From positions 62,001 to 126,000 of the IMG/VR virus record IMGVR_UViG_3300030385_002649: a DNA stretch of 64,000 nucleotides, one strand, 5' to 3'. The position numbers and the translations under genes are program-made. Of this stretch, positions 25,770 to 35,211 are shown one piece after another (position 1 is the stretch's first letter; each line of letters starts with the position of its first letter). The notes under the pieces were generated by a model. That model was given only the letters and a program-made list of their open reading frames with translations. It was not told where the DNA came from and ran no database searches.

Positions 25770-26438
25770 ATGGCTATGAAATCAGAATCTAAGATATTTA
25801 TTCTCGGTTCGAGTGGGTTCGCCCATGAAATTAAGGACTATTTCTTAGAGTATTACAGAGCTAAGAGACCGAAGGGGCAAATAGCGGACCTTTACGTTAA
25901 TCATGTTGGGTTGCACGAACCTGAGTTCTATTTTGTTGGTCCTGACGGCATGTCTGTGAAAGAATATCACGCGGCCCTAAATGCCAGTCTGTCCAAGCCT
26001 ACCTTCTCTATTATGGGGTCTGGCAAGTGTTCTGTTAAGATTAAAATGCTAGAAGAGATTAGGGGACATATTATTAGTATGGTGCACCCTACCTCGCATG
26101 TTATTTCCGCTAAGATCGGTTCTGGGAGCATCATTGCCCCCGGAAGCGTGGTAGCCCCTAGAGCGGTGGTCGGAGACCATTGTCTTGTAAATTACAACGC
26201 CACAATCGGCCATGATGCTATTGTTGGAGATCTATCTGTTGTGTCTCCTAACGCGTCTATCGGAGGATCTTGTGTGCTGGGTCGCGGTGTCCATATTGGT
26301 TCTAATGCTTCGGTACGAGAAGGATTAAAAATTGGTGAAGGCGCAACGGTGGGTATGGGAGCGGTAGTAATTAAAGATGTCCCCTCTGGTGTAACCGTCG
26401 TTGGCGTGCCCGCTAGAACACTTATAAAGGAGAATTAA
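25770..26438 (+). CDS. NeuD/PglD/PerB-like sugar acetyltransferase (hexapeptide repeat)
   Basis: LGSSGFA...; left-handed beta-helix repeats; IGHD; GVPAR. Confidence 0.9.
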   Translation: MAMKSESKIFILGSSGFAHEIKDYFLEYYRAKRPKGQIADLYVNHVGLHEPEFYFVGPDGMSVKEYHAALNASLSKPTFSIMGSGKCSVKIKMLEEIRGHIISMVHPTSHVISAKIGSGSIIAPGSVVAPRAVVGDHCLVNYNATIGHDAIVGDLSVVSPNASIGGSCVLGRGVHIGSNASVREGLKIGEGATVGMGAVVIKDVPSGVTVVGVPARTLIKEN

Positions 26439-26663
26439 ATGAGTGACGAGGAAACTGTTGTTGAAGTTGATAAGTTGGCCGGAACAAAGCTCGGAGAGCT
26501 ACGTGATTTGGTCGCTAGTTTAGAAGAGGATTACCTCAAGGGTTGCGCAGGCGTTAAGACAGCCGCACGACGAGTAAGAAAAGGAGTCCAAAGCTTGGAC
26601 ACTATGCGTTCTGACATTCGTACCGAGCTTTTGTCCGCTATGAAGAAAGACAAAGAAGATTAA
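26439..26663 (+). CDS. histone H1-like Hc1 family small protein
   Basis: LRDLVASLEEDYLKGCAGVKTAARRVRKGVQSL...IRTE matches the bacterial Hc1-like pattern. Confidence 0.7.
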   Translation: MSDEETVVEVDKLAGTKLGELRDLVASLEEDYLKGCAGVKTAARRVRKGVQSLDTMRSDIRTELLSAMKKDKED

Positions 26664-27273
26664 CCTTCTACCTTACATAACTCCTGCGCTCAGTTTAGAA
26701 GACTCCATTGCTATAGTGGGTTCTAGTGGGAGACTGCTAGAAACCGATTTTGGTGATAGAATCGACAAATACGCAGAAATAGTAAGGTTTAATAGAGCCC
26801 CCGTAGAGGGCTGGGAAGCAAAAGTCGGATCTAAAACGACCCTAAGAGTTCTGAATAGGCCGACTTTTGCTTCTGCTCCCCTTCTTCGCTGGTCCGACGA
26901 CATTGAGTTCGCTAAAAAGATAAAAGATTCTAGGATCCTTGTTGGCGCTCATACTCAAGGTCTAGTAAAAGCAAGAGACAAATACGTTGACCCTAGTAAC
27001 GAATTATATGTGTTTAACCACGGAAAAGTGGTACAAGCCGCCCATAAAGCGAAATACATATTGACATCACCAACCATTGGATTCCAAATCGTCTTTCTGC
27101 TAGTTGCAGCAGGATTGAAACCCCACTTGTATGGTTTCGATTTTGAAGAAGGACGACCAAGAGACCATTATTGGCACGAACGACCACCTGGCTCTTGGTC
27201 TCACAATTTAGAAGCCGAAATGAAAGTAATGAGGGACCTAGTCTCCAAAGGAAAGGTTAATTTAATCCAATGA
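26659..27273 (+). CDS. GT29 sialyltransferase-like glycosyltransferase
   Basis: Sialylmotif L (SIAIVGSSGRLL...FGDRID....VRFNRAP..GWEAKVGSKTT), S (PTIGF...HLYGFD), III (HYWHE), VS (HNLEAE). The track start GTG26716 lies inside motif L; the frame is open to 26644, candidate ATT start at 26659. Confidence 0.85.
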   Translation: MNLLPYITPALSLEDSIAIVGSSGRLLETDFGDRIDKYAEIVRFNRAPVEGWEAKVGSKTTLRVLNRPTFASAPLLRWSDDIEFAKKIKDSRILVGAHTQGLVKARDKYVDPSNELYVFNHGKVVQAAHKAKYILTSPTIGFQIVFLLVAAGLKPHLYGFDFEEGRPRDHYWHERPPGSWSHNLEAEMKVMRDLVSKGKVNLIQ

Positions 27274-27671
27274 AGAAATTTCTAATCGCGGCTCTCGCCG
27301 CCATGTGCATCGGCACTCTCACTATAGCAGCAACGTCCCCCTCAAGGAGCGGCGCACGAAGTAGTGGTGCCGTTGATGTAGCACAAATTGCCAGCAATTG
27401 TGTTGTTACTGGCCTCATATCAGGCCCTAAAATCAAGCACAGCGCTATTGTTAACGATACGATCATATGGCAAGGAAAAATTTATGCCGTTGACGCCAAA
27501 ACCGGAAAGATCCGTGCATGGCTTAAAAGCGATAAGAAAGCTCGTACAACATCTGTCGAATTGACAAACGTTTCAGGGAAAAAAGCAACTTTTATCGTCA
27601 CGGAAAGGTTTAAAGACGACTTCGTGATCAATCATTTTTTTCATAAAGTTATTAAGCGGTCAAAACGATAA
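27270..27671 (+). CDS. secreted hypothetical protein (signal peptide)
   Basis: MKKFLIAALAAMCIG; VVTGLISGP..SAIVN weakly recalls GspC/PilP-type folds. Confidence 0.65.
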   Translation: MKKFLIAALAAMCIGTLTIAATSPSRSGARSSGAVDVAQIASNCVVTGLISGPKIKHSAIVNDTIIWQGKIYAVDAKTGKIRAWLKSDKKARTTSVELTNVSGKKATFIVTERFKDDFVINHFFHKVIKRSKR

Positions 27672-28272
27672 AAGCGATTTTCTGGCCGCTGGCTGGAGCG
27701 ATAGATTCTTTCCAGTAAGTTATCTTATGCTCTGGCAGAGCTTCTTTAATTTGTTTTCGGCCAAGATGTAAACCATTAAGATAATTGCGAGCAGCGAAAT
27801 AATTCTTGCTCTCAACGACTTTATCGGCTAACTTAATCTGGATAGCGATATGCTTGGGTGAAAGTTCCCTCCACTTTTGGGACACTTTCACCCAATATTC
27901 GTATGAAGGAAAGTGCTGGATTACGGAATAGCACAAAATCAGGTCGATCTTGTCCTCGACTTCAACATCTTCGGGGTTTCCGACATGTATCGTCTTGCAT
28001 TCCTTGCCTATAAAACGTTGAGCCTCAGTTAAACTAGCCTCACTAATATCCACAAGAGTGACATCAAAATGTTGAGAAAGCTCTTTAGCCAAAAGACCGC
28101 CGCCACAGCCCCAGTCCAAGGCAGTTTTAACTTCATCAAGATCAATCTGACTCAATACGTGAGATCTAACCCTATTGATGTGATCAGCAACCTTTTTCAT
28201 GGGCATGTGATCCACAAAGTGCTTATGGTTTAGGGTGACTTTAGTGTCCCAGTGTTTTCTTAGTTTATCCAT
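27652..28272 (-). CDS. class I SAM-dependent methyltransferase
   Basis: LDWGCGGG, LVDIS, DLILCYSVIQHF. Confidence 0.88.
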   Translation of the reverse strand: MDKLRKHWDTKVTLNHKHFVDHMPMKKVADHINRVRSHVLSQIDLDEVKTALDWGCGGGLLAKELSQHFDVTLVDISEASLTEAQRFIGKECKTIHVGNPEDVEVEDKIDLILCYSVIQHFPSYEYWVKVSQKWRELSPKHIAIQIKLADKVVESKNYFAARNYLNGLHLGRKQIKEALPEHKITYWKESIAPASGQKIAFIVLTA

Positions 28273-28951
28273 TTAATATTAGCTCAGCAATCTTAAAATC
28301 TAGTAAAGTGTCGATATCGACAGAATCTTCTATAGGCATGTGGTAGTTCGCTACTCTACCTTTAAAGAAATTACGGTCTCTGATGAATGATTCCATTCTA
28401 CGCAAATAGATCGCACCGTTTGGCCTTATAACTGAAGAATGGTCTTGAGACCTAGTGTTTCCAGTTATAAAAGGCAAAGACTGGTCGGAACAATGAACGA
28501 AACCGTCTGGATCAACTACAAGCCCTAAAGTTGGTGGAAATTCATAGTCCGTTGTACTAATAACTCCGTCTAAACTAGGGTCTTCCTCTAACAAAGCCAT
28601 GGCATCCATCACATCCACTTGACCTCGAAACGGAGCAGTGGGAAGAAACAATCCAACAACATCGTAATCATTGTACTCTTGAGATGCGACAAGATTGATA
28701 ACAGTTTCAAGGACCGTCGACTTATCTCCTGATAAAGCAGCGCTACGCTTTAAAGGAGTAACCCCTTCTATAGATCCTCCTACTTTTAGAATGTCGTCAG
28801 AGTCTGATGTTAGGATGACCGTGTGCGCTTCATCAACGACGGCCTCTAGGGTCCACTGAATTAGCGGCTTTCCTCCTAGAGGCCGGATGTTTTTGCCGGG
28901 CAACCTTTTTGACCCACCTCGGGCGGGCACTATTGCTAGGAGCTTAACCAT
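28265..28951 (-). CDS. acylneuraminate (NeuA/CMAS-type) cytidylyltransferase
   Basis: IVPARGGSKRLPGKNI, PTAPFR, NGAIY, SVDIDTLLDF. Confidence 0.92.
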   Translation of the reverse strand: MVKLLAIVPARGGSKRLPGKNIRPLGGKPLIQWTLEAVVDEAHTVILTSDSDDILKVGGSIEGVTPLKRSAALSGDKSTVLETVINLVASQEYNDYDVVGLFLPTAPFRGQVDVMDAMALLEEDPSLDGVISTTDYEFPPTLGLVVDPDGFVHCSDQSLPFITGNTRSQDHSSVIRPNGAIYLRRMESFIRDRNFFKGRVANYHMPIEDSVDIDTLLDFKIAELILNG

Positions 28952-29730
28952 TTCTGTGTTGCCAAAACCTTTTCAACTTCATCATAAGTCTTTATTAGAT
29001 TTTCGACTTTATCCAGGTACAACTGGCAGTCTCCATCAGAAACAGCCTTCCGAGGCTCCGGGTGGCATTCAGCGAAAATACCGCTATACTCATAAGCGAG
29101 AGAAGCGATCATATACTTAGCGGCAAGTTCTCTGTCCCCACCGGTAAAATCGCCCTTTTTGCGTTGAGTAGAGTGGGTGCAATCTAGGATCACTCTATCA
29201 TAGTGCTTCGACATTTCTTCGGCAGCGCCAAAATCAACGATTAATTGATTATACCCAAAGAACGTACCTCTTTCAGTGATCCAAACTTCACAGTCAGGGT
29301 TCTCGGCTTTTACCTTGCCAACAAAGTGTTTCGTGCTGTCCGGATTAATCCATTGGCCCTTCTTGATGTTCACCTTGTCGAAGCATTTTCCGGACTCGAT
29401 TAGAAGGTCGGTTTGGCGGCACAGAAAGGCTGGGATCTGGCATAGTTCGACGCCTTGGTCGGCAATGAGCTTAGCTTGATGACACTCGTGGATGTCCGTG
29501 GTCAGTCTAATTCCTGGAAACTCTTCTCGGACTTTTTCCATTAATCGGAGGGACTCGTCGATACCAGGACCCCTACCTCCATCAACTGCGGTTCTGTTGG
29601 CCTTGTCGAAAGAAGCTTTGTAGTACCAGTCTCTCCCATCCATGAACTTGGTTAGTTCTTCGGCACACTTCAAGTAAAGATGCTCGTTTTCCATGGAGCA
29701 TGGCCCCAAAATCCAGACTTTATCCGACAT
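28936..29730 (-). CDS. kdsA: Kdo-8-phosphate synthase (metal-dependent type)
   Basis: GPC, KASFDKANRT, TDIHE, QIPAFLCRQTDLL, NIKKGQ, ERGTFFGY, DCTH, ECHP...SDG; ATG29730 is the likelier start (track 29763). Confidence 0.92.
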   Translation of the reverse strand: MSDKVWILGPCSMENEHLYLKCAEELTKFMDGRDWYYKASFDKANRTAVDGGRGPGIDESLRLMEKVREEFPGIRLTTDIHECHQAKLIADQGVELCQIPAFLCRQTDLLIESGKCFDKVNIKKGQWINPDSTKHFVGKVKAENPDCEVWITERGTFFGYNQLIVDFGAAEEMSKHYDRVILDCTHSTQRKKGDFTGGDRELAAKYMIASLAYEYSGIFAECHPEPRKAVSDGDCQLYLDKVENLIKTYDEVEKVLATQKWLSS

Positions 29731-30637
29731 ATGAATCCCATCTTCTTTCAATATCATCAACAACGCCTCTTACTCTGAGTTGTTGTTCTCTTGTAACTTC
29801 GCTAAAAGGCGCCCTATTTTCAGTAGGCAGCAATTGTTTATAATTTAGAGCGGATTGCAACGCTTTATGCCATCCGATTTTCTTGAACACATTAAACAAA
29901 GGTTCTTCAAATTTAGTAACAATGTCGTGTGCTACCGCCAAATCACCAGCCGTAAACTCTTCCAAAAACCGGTCTTCAATTTCAGGAAAAATGTTTCCAA
30001 TCCCGCCAAGGAAAGTCTGCGCACCAGCGGGCCCTGTCAGCAAGAATCTCCTGCAGCTACCGCCAGCGGGGAAGATGAGAAAATCATCATCGGCCAATCT
30101 AGAAACATCATAGGCGAGCGCGAGCTTAGAACTTTCCTCTTTCATGCCTATGATGTTAGGGTGTTTTTTCAGTTTTTCGACTATTTGTGGTGTATAATCG
30201 TACATGCCGCCTAGAGCGTGTCGCATAAACATTCCGTGAATCATAACTGGCACTTCAGAACGGTCAGCGGCCCAATAGAAGTAATTCACAACGCTTTCAT
30301 CGTCGTAATACCTGTCAGGATAAAACAGGAGAATCGCATCTGGCTTGATTGCGTTAGCGAACTCTAGTTCTCTAGATAAGTGTTTGTTAGCTAATGGCGG
30401 GAGACCCATAATGAACGAACCTTGAAACTCTGAGCATAGCTCGTTCATTTCTTGGAGTTCAAATTCGTCCAGCAAGTTAAATCTTGTAGTTCCGGCTGTT
30501 GTTAGGATTGTTTTGGCTCCTTCTCTGTGAAGGTAATTGAGGTATCCTTTTATAGAGGCGCTGGACAATTCCCTTTCGCTAAATGCGGGGGGAATTGGAT
30601 ATATAACGCCTTCGCTCAATTTTTCAATGTTGGACAT
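29720..30637 (-). CDS. DHDPS/N-acetylneuraminate-lyase family class I aldolase (divergent)
   Basis: YPIPPAF, AGTT, PNIIGMKEES Schiff-base Lys; His where the family Tyr usually sits. Confidence 0.82.
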   Translation of the reverse strand: MSNIEKLSEGVIYPIPPAFSERELSSASIKGYLNYLHREGAKTILTTAGTTRFNLLDEFELQEMNELCSEFQGSFIMGLPPLANKHLSRELEFANAIKPDAILLFYPDRYYDDESVVNYFYWAADRSEVPVMIHGMFMRHALGGMYDYTPQIVEKLKKHPNIIGMKEESSKLALAYDVSRLADDDFLIFPAGGSCRRFLLTGPAGAQTFLGGIGNIFPEIEDRFLEEFTAGDLAVAHDIVTKFEEPLFNVFKKIGWHKALQSALNYKQLLPTENRAPFSEVTREQQLRVRGVVDDIERRWDSYVG

Positions 30638-31082
30638 GAGTAGCGATCACCTTTGAAACCGTCTTGGCAACTTTAATGTTTTCAAGTTTGTCATCGTAAA
30701 AGTAAATCTCATCGTATTCTTCGCTGGCGCACTTTTGAAGGACCTCAAGTTTCTTTTGAGGCACGTCTTCTCTTGTTCCTAGTCCTACGAGAATGTCGAA
30801 TAGATTTCCTTTTTTGTTTTCCGCTAGCCAGTAGGCAATTTGTTTAGCGCTTCGCCCAGATAGGATCATGTTATCACCCATTTTGCTGGTTGCGGCTACT
30901 TGTTTCCACATTTTTTGATACGGTTTGCATAAGTCCGCAACTTTGTATCCTATATCGCTATCAGCGAAACATAGGGCACCGGCTTTCGCCTCGTCCATCC
31001 AATCGTTCTCAATCAACACATCGTGAGTATTGACAAGGGTGTCATCGAAATCATATACATACAATCTTGATTTTGGATCCAT
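30624..31082 (-). CDS. HAD-superfamily phosphatase
   Basis: DFDDTL (motif I), LSGR (II), K (III), FYDD..EN (IV). Confidence 0.85.
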   Translation of the reverse strand: MDPKSRLYVYDFDDTLVNTHDVLIENDWMDEAKAGALCFADSDIGYKVADLCKPYQKMWKQVAATSKMGDNMILSGRSAKQIAYWLAENKKGNLFDILVGLGTREDVPQKKLEVLQKCASEEYDEIYFYDDKLENIKVAKTVSKVIATHVQH

Positions 31083-31136
31083 AAACTAAATACTCAGGAA
31101 ACACGCAAAGTTAAATTAAACCCCTAAAGAGGACAC

Positions 31137-31973
31137 ATGAAAATTTCAGTAGGAATGCTAGTCGTCAACGGACGCCCCTTCATTGAAGCGCAACTGAAAA
31201 ACCTATACGACATCGCACACGAAATCGTAATCTGCGAAGGAGGAGACAAGTTCTGGCATGCCAGACATGGTTATTGGAGATCCACAGACGGCACAATAGA
31301 CATTATCAAAAACTTCCCAGACCCGGACAAAAAGATTAAACTGATCCAAAAGAATTGGAAAAACAAAAACGAAATGTCCCACACCTTCAGCGAAGGCATG
31401 ACAGGAGACATAATTTATAGCGTAGACTTAGACGAATTCATGAACCCAACCGAACTAGTGGCAGTGTGCAAAAAACTCATGACACAGCCATTCACTTCAG
31501 TCACAATCCCACATTACGTCTTTTATGGAGATTTCGAAACTCTAATGGCAATGGAGCATTCACCAACATGGGTGCAAGTACCACGCATCTTCAAAAGACA
31601 AAAGAATTCATTGATCCATCATCTCCCAATGGCATATTGGAACATGACAACAAAAACACCATACAACCCTAAGAAAATGCCCCACAAAATGGTACCAGAC
31701 GTGTTCATCTACCACTATTCTTGGGTGTATCGCAAATCCGTCAGAGACAAAATCGCATATTACGCTCATCGCATTCCTGGTTGCATTAGAAAAGACTGGC
31801 TAGACAAATACTTCGAAGACTTCGCCAGCAAAAAAGACGCTCTTCTAAAATCCAAAGAGAACATCAGACCAACAGAAGGCGCAAAACAGTTCTTGCTACC
31901 ATTTAAAGGGAAACACCCAGAAATCGTTTCTGAAATTCAGAAGGATATAGCGCTACTTGACGCGGTAAAGTGA
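31137..31973 (+). CDS. GT2-family glycosyltransferase
   Basis: MLVVNGRPFIEAQL, STDGTIDII, VDLDE, IYHYSW. Confidence 0.85.
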   Translation: MKISVGMLVVNGRPFIEAQLKNLYDIAHEIVICEGGDKFWHARHGYWRSTDGTIDIIKNFPDPDKKIKLIQKNWKNKNEMSHTFSEGMTGDIIYSVDLDEFMNPTELVAVCKKLMTQPFTSVTIPHYVFYGDFETLMAMEHSPTWVQVPRIFKRQKNSLIHHLPMAYWNMTTKTPYNPKKMPHKMVPDVFIYHYSWVYRKSVRDKIAYYAHRIPGCIRKDWLDKYFEDFASKKDALLKSKENIRPTEGAKQFLLPFKGKHPEIVSEIQKDIALLDAVK

Positions 31974-33122
31974 TAATTTCCTGCCGCCAGGATAACTGCT
32001 AATTCGTTTCACCAATTCTAAGCCATGCTTGATTAACGCCTTTTCATAAACCTCGGCTGTGTTTATATCCTCTAAGATTAAGAACTTCTTGGTAAGGTTA
32101 GCTAACAGCTTGGCAAATATTTCATGCTTAAATGTTATATGGTGCACAATCGCTAAAGCAATCACAAGTTCAGAAGAGTATCTCTCGATTTCACGATACT
32201 CATTTCTAATAAGCCTTTCGATGTCAGAATAAACAAACGTTGCCGGAAGACTCTTATCAAATCCGTCAGCGTCGTCAATGCAAGGTTCAACATAATCGAA
32301 ACCAACCGCTGATTCTACGCCGCCCTGCTGTTTATCAATAGCCAAGAAAGTGTAATACCCCTTATTACAAGCGACATCAGTTACAGTTTTGTACTCTAAC
32401 TCATCCAATAAATCAGAGACTATCTTAGCCTTTGGATTAACTTTCTCAGGATGTTTCACATCCATGATGTTAGAGTAGTTGTTGTACCAATGGTTTTTCT
32501 TCTGAGGAAGTTTAATCGTCTTAACCCAAGTTAACAATTCATCCCAAAACTCTTTACTTTGGCAATTTCCTTTATAGCGCTTGTGATGGTTAGCTAACCA
32601 TCCGCCGTGGCCGTTGACTGATTTTCCATTATATTTCGAGTATCCACCTTGGACATCTTTCTTAAAAACATAACTGTTGATGATATACGCCAGTTTTACA
32701 AAAGAATAAGAAGCATAATTCGAGTCAATTTCAGCAACCGCATTGTAGTCTAACCAAACAAATTCGCCTCTTGAGTAAGCTATGTTGCCTTCATGAATAT
32801 CAAATAAGACGATTCCTTTCTTCAATAACTCTACGTTCATCTCACAAAGGCCAACCACTATCTTGAGAGATTGCTTACATGTCAATTCTTGGATTTTTAT
32901 TAAGTGTTCAATTATAGGATGCTCAATGACAGTCCTTAATTCTTTACCCCATCTTAATTTGATGTCAGTTTTTGAATATGGTTGAGTGTATTTGCAGGAG
33001 CTAATAGCGTCTAAAAACTGCAGTTCTCTACTCTGTAAACCCCTGTACAGTTTCTCTTTGTGGTAAAACAGTGTCGATGAAGAATCAGGGTGTCTTTTAA
33101 TGTCTTTTTTAGTAAGGATCAT
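31953..33122 (-). CDS. NoeA-like protein: kinase-like N-domain + SAM methyltransferase
   Basis: FDIHEGNI...WLDY, then DVACNKGYY, GFD, ALAIVHH. Confidence 0.7.
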   Translation of the reverse strand: MILTKKDIKRHPDSSSTLFYHKEKLYRGLQSRELQFLDAISSCKYTQPYSKTDIKLRWGKELRTVIEHPIIEHLIKIQELTCKQSLKIVVGLCEMNVELLKKGIVLFDIHEGNIAYSRGEFVWLDYNAVAEIDSNYASYSFVKLAYIINSYVFKKDVQGGYSKYNGKSVNGHGGWLANHHKRYKGNCQSKEFWDELLTWVKTIKLPQKKNHWYNNYSNIMDVKHPEKVNPKAKIVSDLLDELEYKTVTDVACNKGYYTFLAIDKQQGGVESAVGFDYVEPCIDDADGFDKSLPATFVYSDIERLIRNEYREIERYSSELVIALAIVHHITFKHEIFAKLLANLTKKFLILEDINTAEVYEKALIKHGLELVKRISSYPGGRKLSLYRVK

Positions 33123-33792
33123 TTTTCAGCTTTTTCATCGTTTTTTTATCTTTAACTCTATATTTGGCATTGCGCTCTAAACTAGATTGCCTATTAGCAT
33201 ATATTCCGAGAAACTTAGGAATATGACCCCAAGAGATATCACCAGCAGCTAGTTTAGTCCAAAATAGGGCATCTCCATATATTTCAAGTCTCTCCTCAAA
33301 AAAGCCAAATTCATCGTGAAGGCTCTTCCTCCACATGGGGAAAGGACCTAGCCCATTTCCTGGTGAGTACCCTTCATCTGAACACTTATAATAGTCATGA
33401 GCGGCTTTGTACCCTTCTTGCCATGTTGGTTTATAAGCGGAAAGTTTGTAGTCGAAGTAAGCAATGTCGGATCCTTCGTCCATTTTTTCAACTTGTGCCT
33501 TATATCCATTTGGGTGCACATAGTCATCAGTATTAGCTTGAACAACATAAGGAGTGTCTGCTAATCTTATGCCAAGGTTCATGGCTGCCCACACCGAGAT
33601 TCTCTCGTTAATAATGACTTTAACAAATTGCGGGGTGTTTGTTATATTCTCTACTAGCTTTAGTTCTTTTCCTCCTGTACAATCGATCAATATGATTTTT
33701 ATTGGCACAGCGGATTCTAGTAGGTTTAATATCTTATTTCTGATGAATTTGTCAGAATTGTAAATAGAAACAATCGCTGTGGCTTTATACAT
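33109..33792 (-). CDS. GT2-family glycosyltransferase
   Basis: AIVSIYNSDKFI, AAMNLGI, ANTDD, PMWRKSLHDEFGFF...GDALFW. Confidence 0.87.
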   Translation of the reverse strand: MYKATAIVSIYNSDKFIRNKILNLLESAVPIKIILIDCTGGKELKLVENITNTPQFVKVIINERISVWAAMNLGIRLADTPYVVQANTDDYVHPNGYKAQVEKMDEGSDIAYFDYKLSAYKPTWQEGYKAAHDYYKCSDEGYSPGNGLGPFPMWRKSLHDEFGFFEERLEIYGDALFWTKLAAGDISWGHIPKFLGIYANRQSSLERNAKYRVKDKKTMKKLKNDPY

Positions 33793-33815
33793 AGTGGTCT
33801 ACCAATAAATATTTT

Positions 33816-34646
33816 ATGAAAAAGGCTGTCATCGCTATATTTCACGGTCTTGGGGATTGCATAAACGCAACTTCCATAATTAAGCCCCTGAAAGCTAAAC
33901 ACCCAAACTGCGAAATAACGTGGGTTAGTTCTAAGGCTTACTTGCCAATAGTTGAACACAACCCTCTAATTGCACACACTGAAGGTATCCCCGGAAACGT
34001 TTGGGCCGCTGACGAGCAATACAAAAACCTCAGGAAAAAACACGGAAAGTCGCTAATAGTTCCAGCCCCATATCTCAACTCATTAGCGCAAGACAAAACC
34101 CTATTGGGCTCATACAAAGAACGGATTAAAGTGATAACTGGTGGGAAAAACCTCAATTTCACGCCTGAACCGTTATTGTTTTTAACCCCTAAAGAAGTAA
34201 AAGACGTGGACGATTGGCTAGAGGAACGGAAAATAGAAAAATTCGTAATGCTTGAGGCTATTTTCACATCCAGTCAATCATTTTGGGGTAGAGCCCATAC
34301 CGATGAAGCATTAAGAATTTGCGCTGCCAAAGGCTATACTGTATTAATGACGCACAGAGAAGACGTCAACTTACATGAATATAATAAAATATGTCCAACA
34401 TTTTGTTTAGACGTTGGTTTTAGATATATGCCAGCTTTCTACAACAAATCGTCTGGTTTCATAGGGGTTAGTAGTGGTATAACGTGCGTTGTTCATACGC
34501 ACCAGTGCCGAAAAAATATACCACACCTTGAATTTGTAAGCGGAGAGCACTGGTGCACCCGTCATTACGTCAAGAAAAACAAAGTGATCAGCTTTGACAA
34601 AAAAGTTGAATCTGTAGGAAAGCTGATACAAGAGAGAATTAAATGA
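33816..34646 (+). CDS. GT9 (heptosyltransferase-like) glycosyltransferase, paralog 1
   Basis: HGLGDCINAT...KAKHPNCEITW; FIGVSSG. Confidence 0.8.
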   Translation: MKKAVIAIFHGLGDCINATSIIKPLKAKHPNCEITWVSSKAYLPIVEHNPLIAHTEGIPGNVWAADEQYKNLRKKHGKSLIVPAPYLNSLAQDKTLLGSYKERIKVITGGKNLNFTPEPLLFLTPKEVKDVDDWLEERKIEKFVMLEAIFTSSQSFWGRAHTDEALRICAAKGYTVLMTHREDVNLHEYNKICPTFCLDVGFRYMPAFYNKSSGFIGVSSGITCVVHTHQCRKNIPHLEFVSGEHWCTRHYVKKNKVISFDKKVESVGKLIQERIK

Positions 34647-35209
34647 GCCTAGAAATTGAACCGTTTGTGGAGACCAAGGATATCATCTTTAAAGGAGACG
34701 ACCCTCTTTATTTTAAAGATGATTTGAAGAGGAAATACTATAATTTCTATTTCAGTTATGGAAGGCACTTCAAACCAAGAAATATCTTCGAAATCGGAGT
34801 CAGAACAGGCTACACTGCGTATTTCTTGCTTCTAGGGTCCAAGGCTGAAAAGTTCAGAGGCATCGACCTAGAAACCTACAAAGTGAACTCTAGTCAATTG
34901 GCTATCGGGTTAATCCGAAAAGTATGCGAAGACAGTAGCGTTGCGATTGGCGATAGCCACAAGTTGACGGCTCTAGATGAGGCTTATGATCTTGTCCATA
35001 TTGATGGTGACCACAGTTATGACGGAAAGGTCCAAGACCTAGAACTTGCCTTTGGCAGCTTGAGTCCAGACGGAGTCATCGTTGTGGATGATTACAACCC
35101 TAATCTTGGCATTGAAGTTAAGAGAGCAACTGATGATTTCGCTAAAAAACATGACCTAAAGGTTACCGTTTTACCAACCTTTACCGGCCACGCGCTACTC
35201 CAGAGGTAA
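34643..35209 (+). CDS. class I SAM methyltransferase (Methyltransf_24-like)
   Basis: FEIGVRTGYT, HIDGDHSY, GVIVVDDY. Confidence 0.88.
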   Translation: MSLEIEPFVETKDIIFKGDDPLYFKDDLKRKYYNFYFSYGRHFKPRNIFEIGVRTGYTAYFLLLGSKAEKFRGIDLETYKVNSSQLAIGLIRKVCEDSSVAIGDSHKLTALDEAYDLVHIDGDHSYDGKVQDLELAFGSLSPDGVIVVDDYNPNLGIEVKRATDDFAKKHDLKVTVLPTFTGHALLQR

Positions 35210-35211
35210 GA

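Noticed and set aside
28936-29730. DAH7P synthase (shikimate pathway) assignment
   Set aside because: The KANR motif and QIPAFLCRQTDL are diagnostic of Kdo8P synthase, not the KPRT-type DAH7PS.
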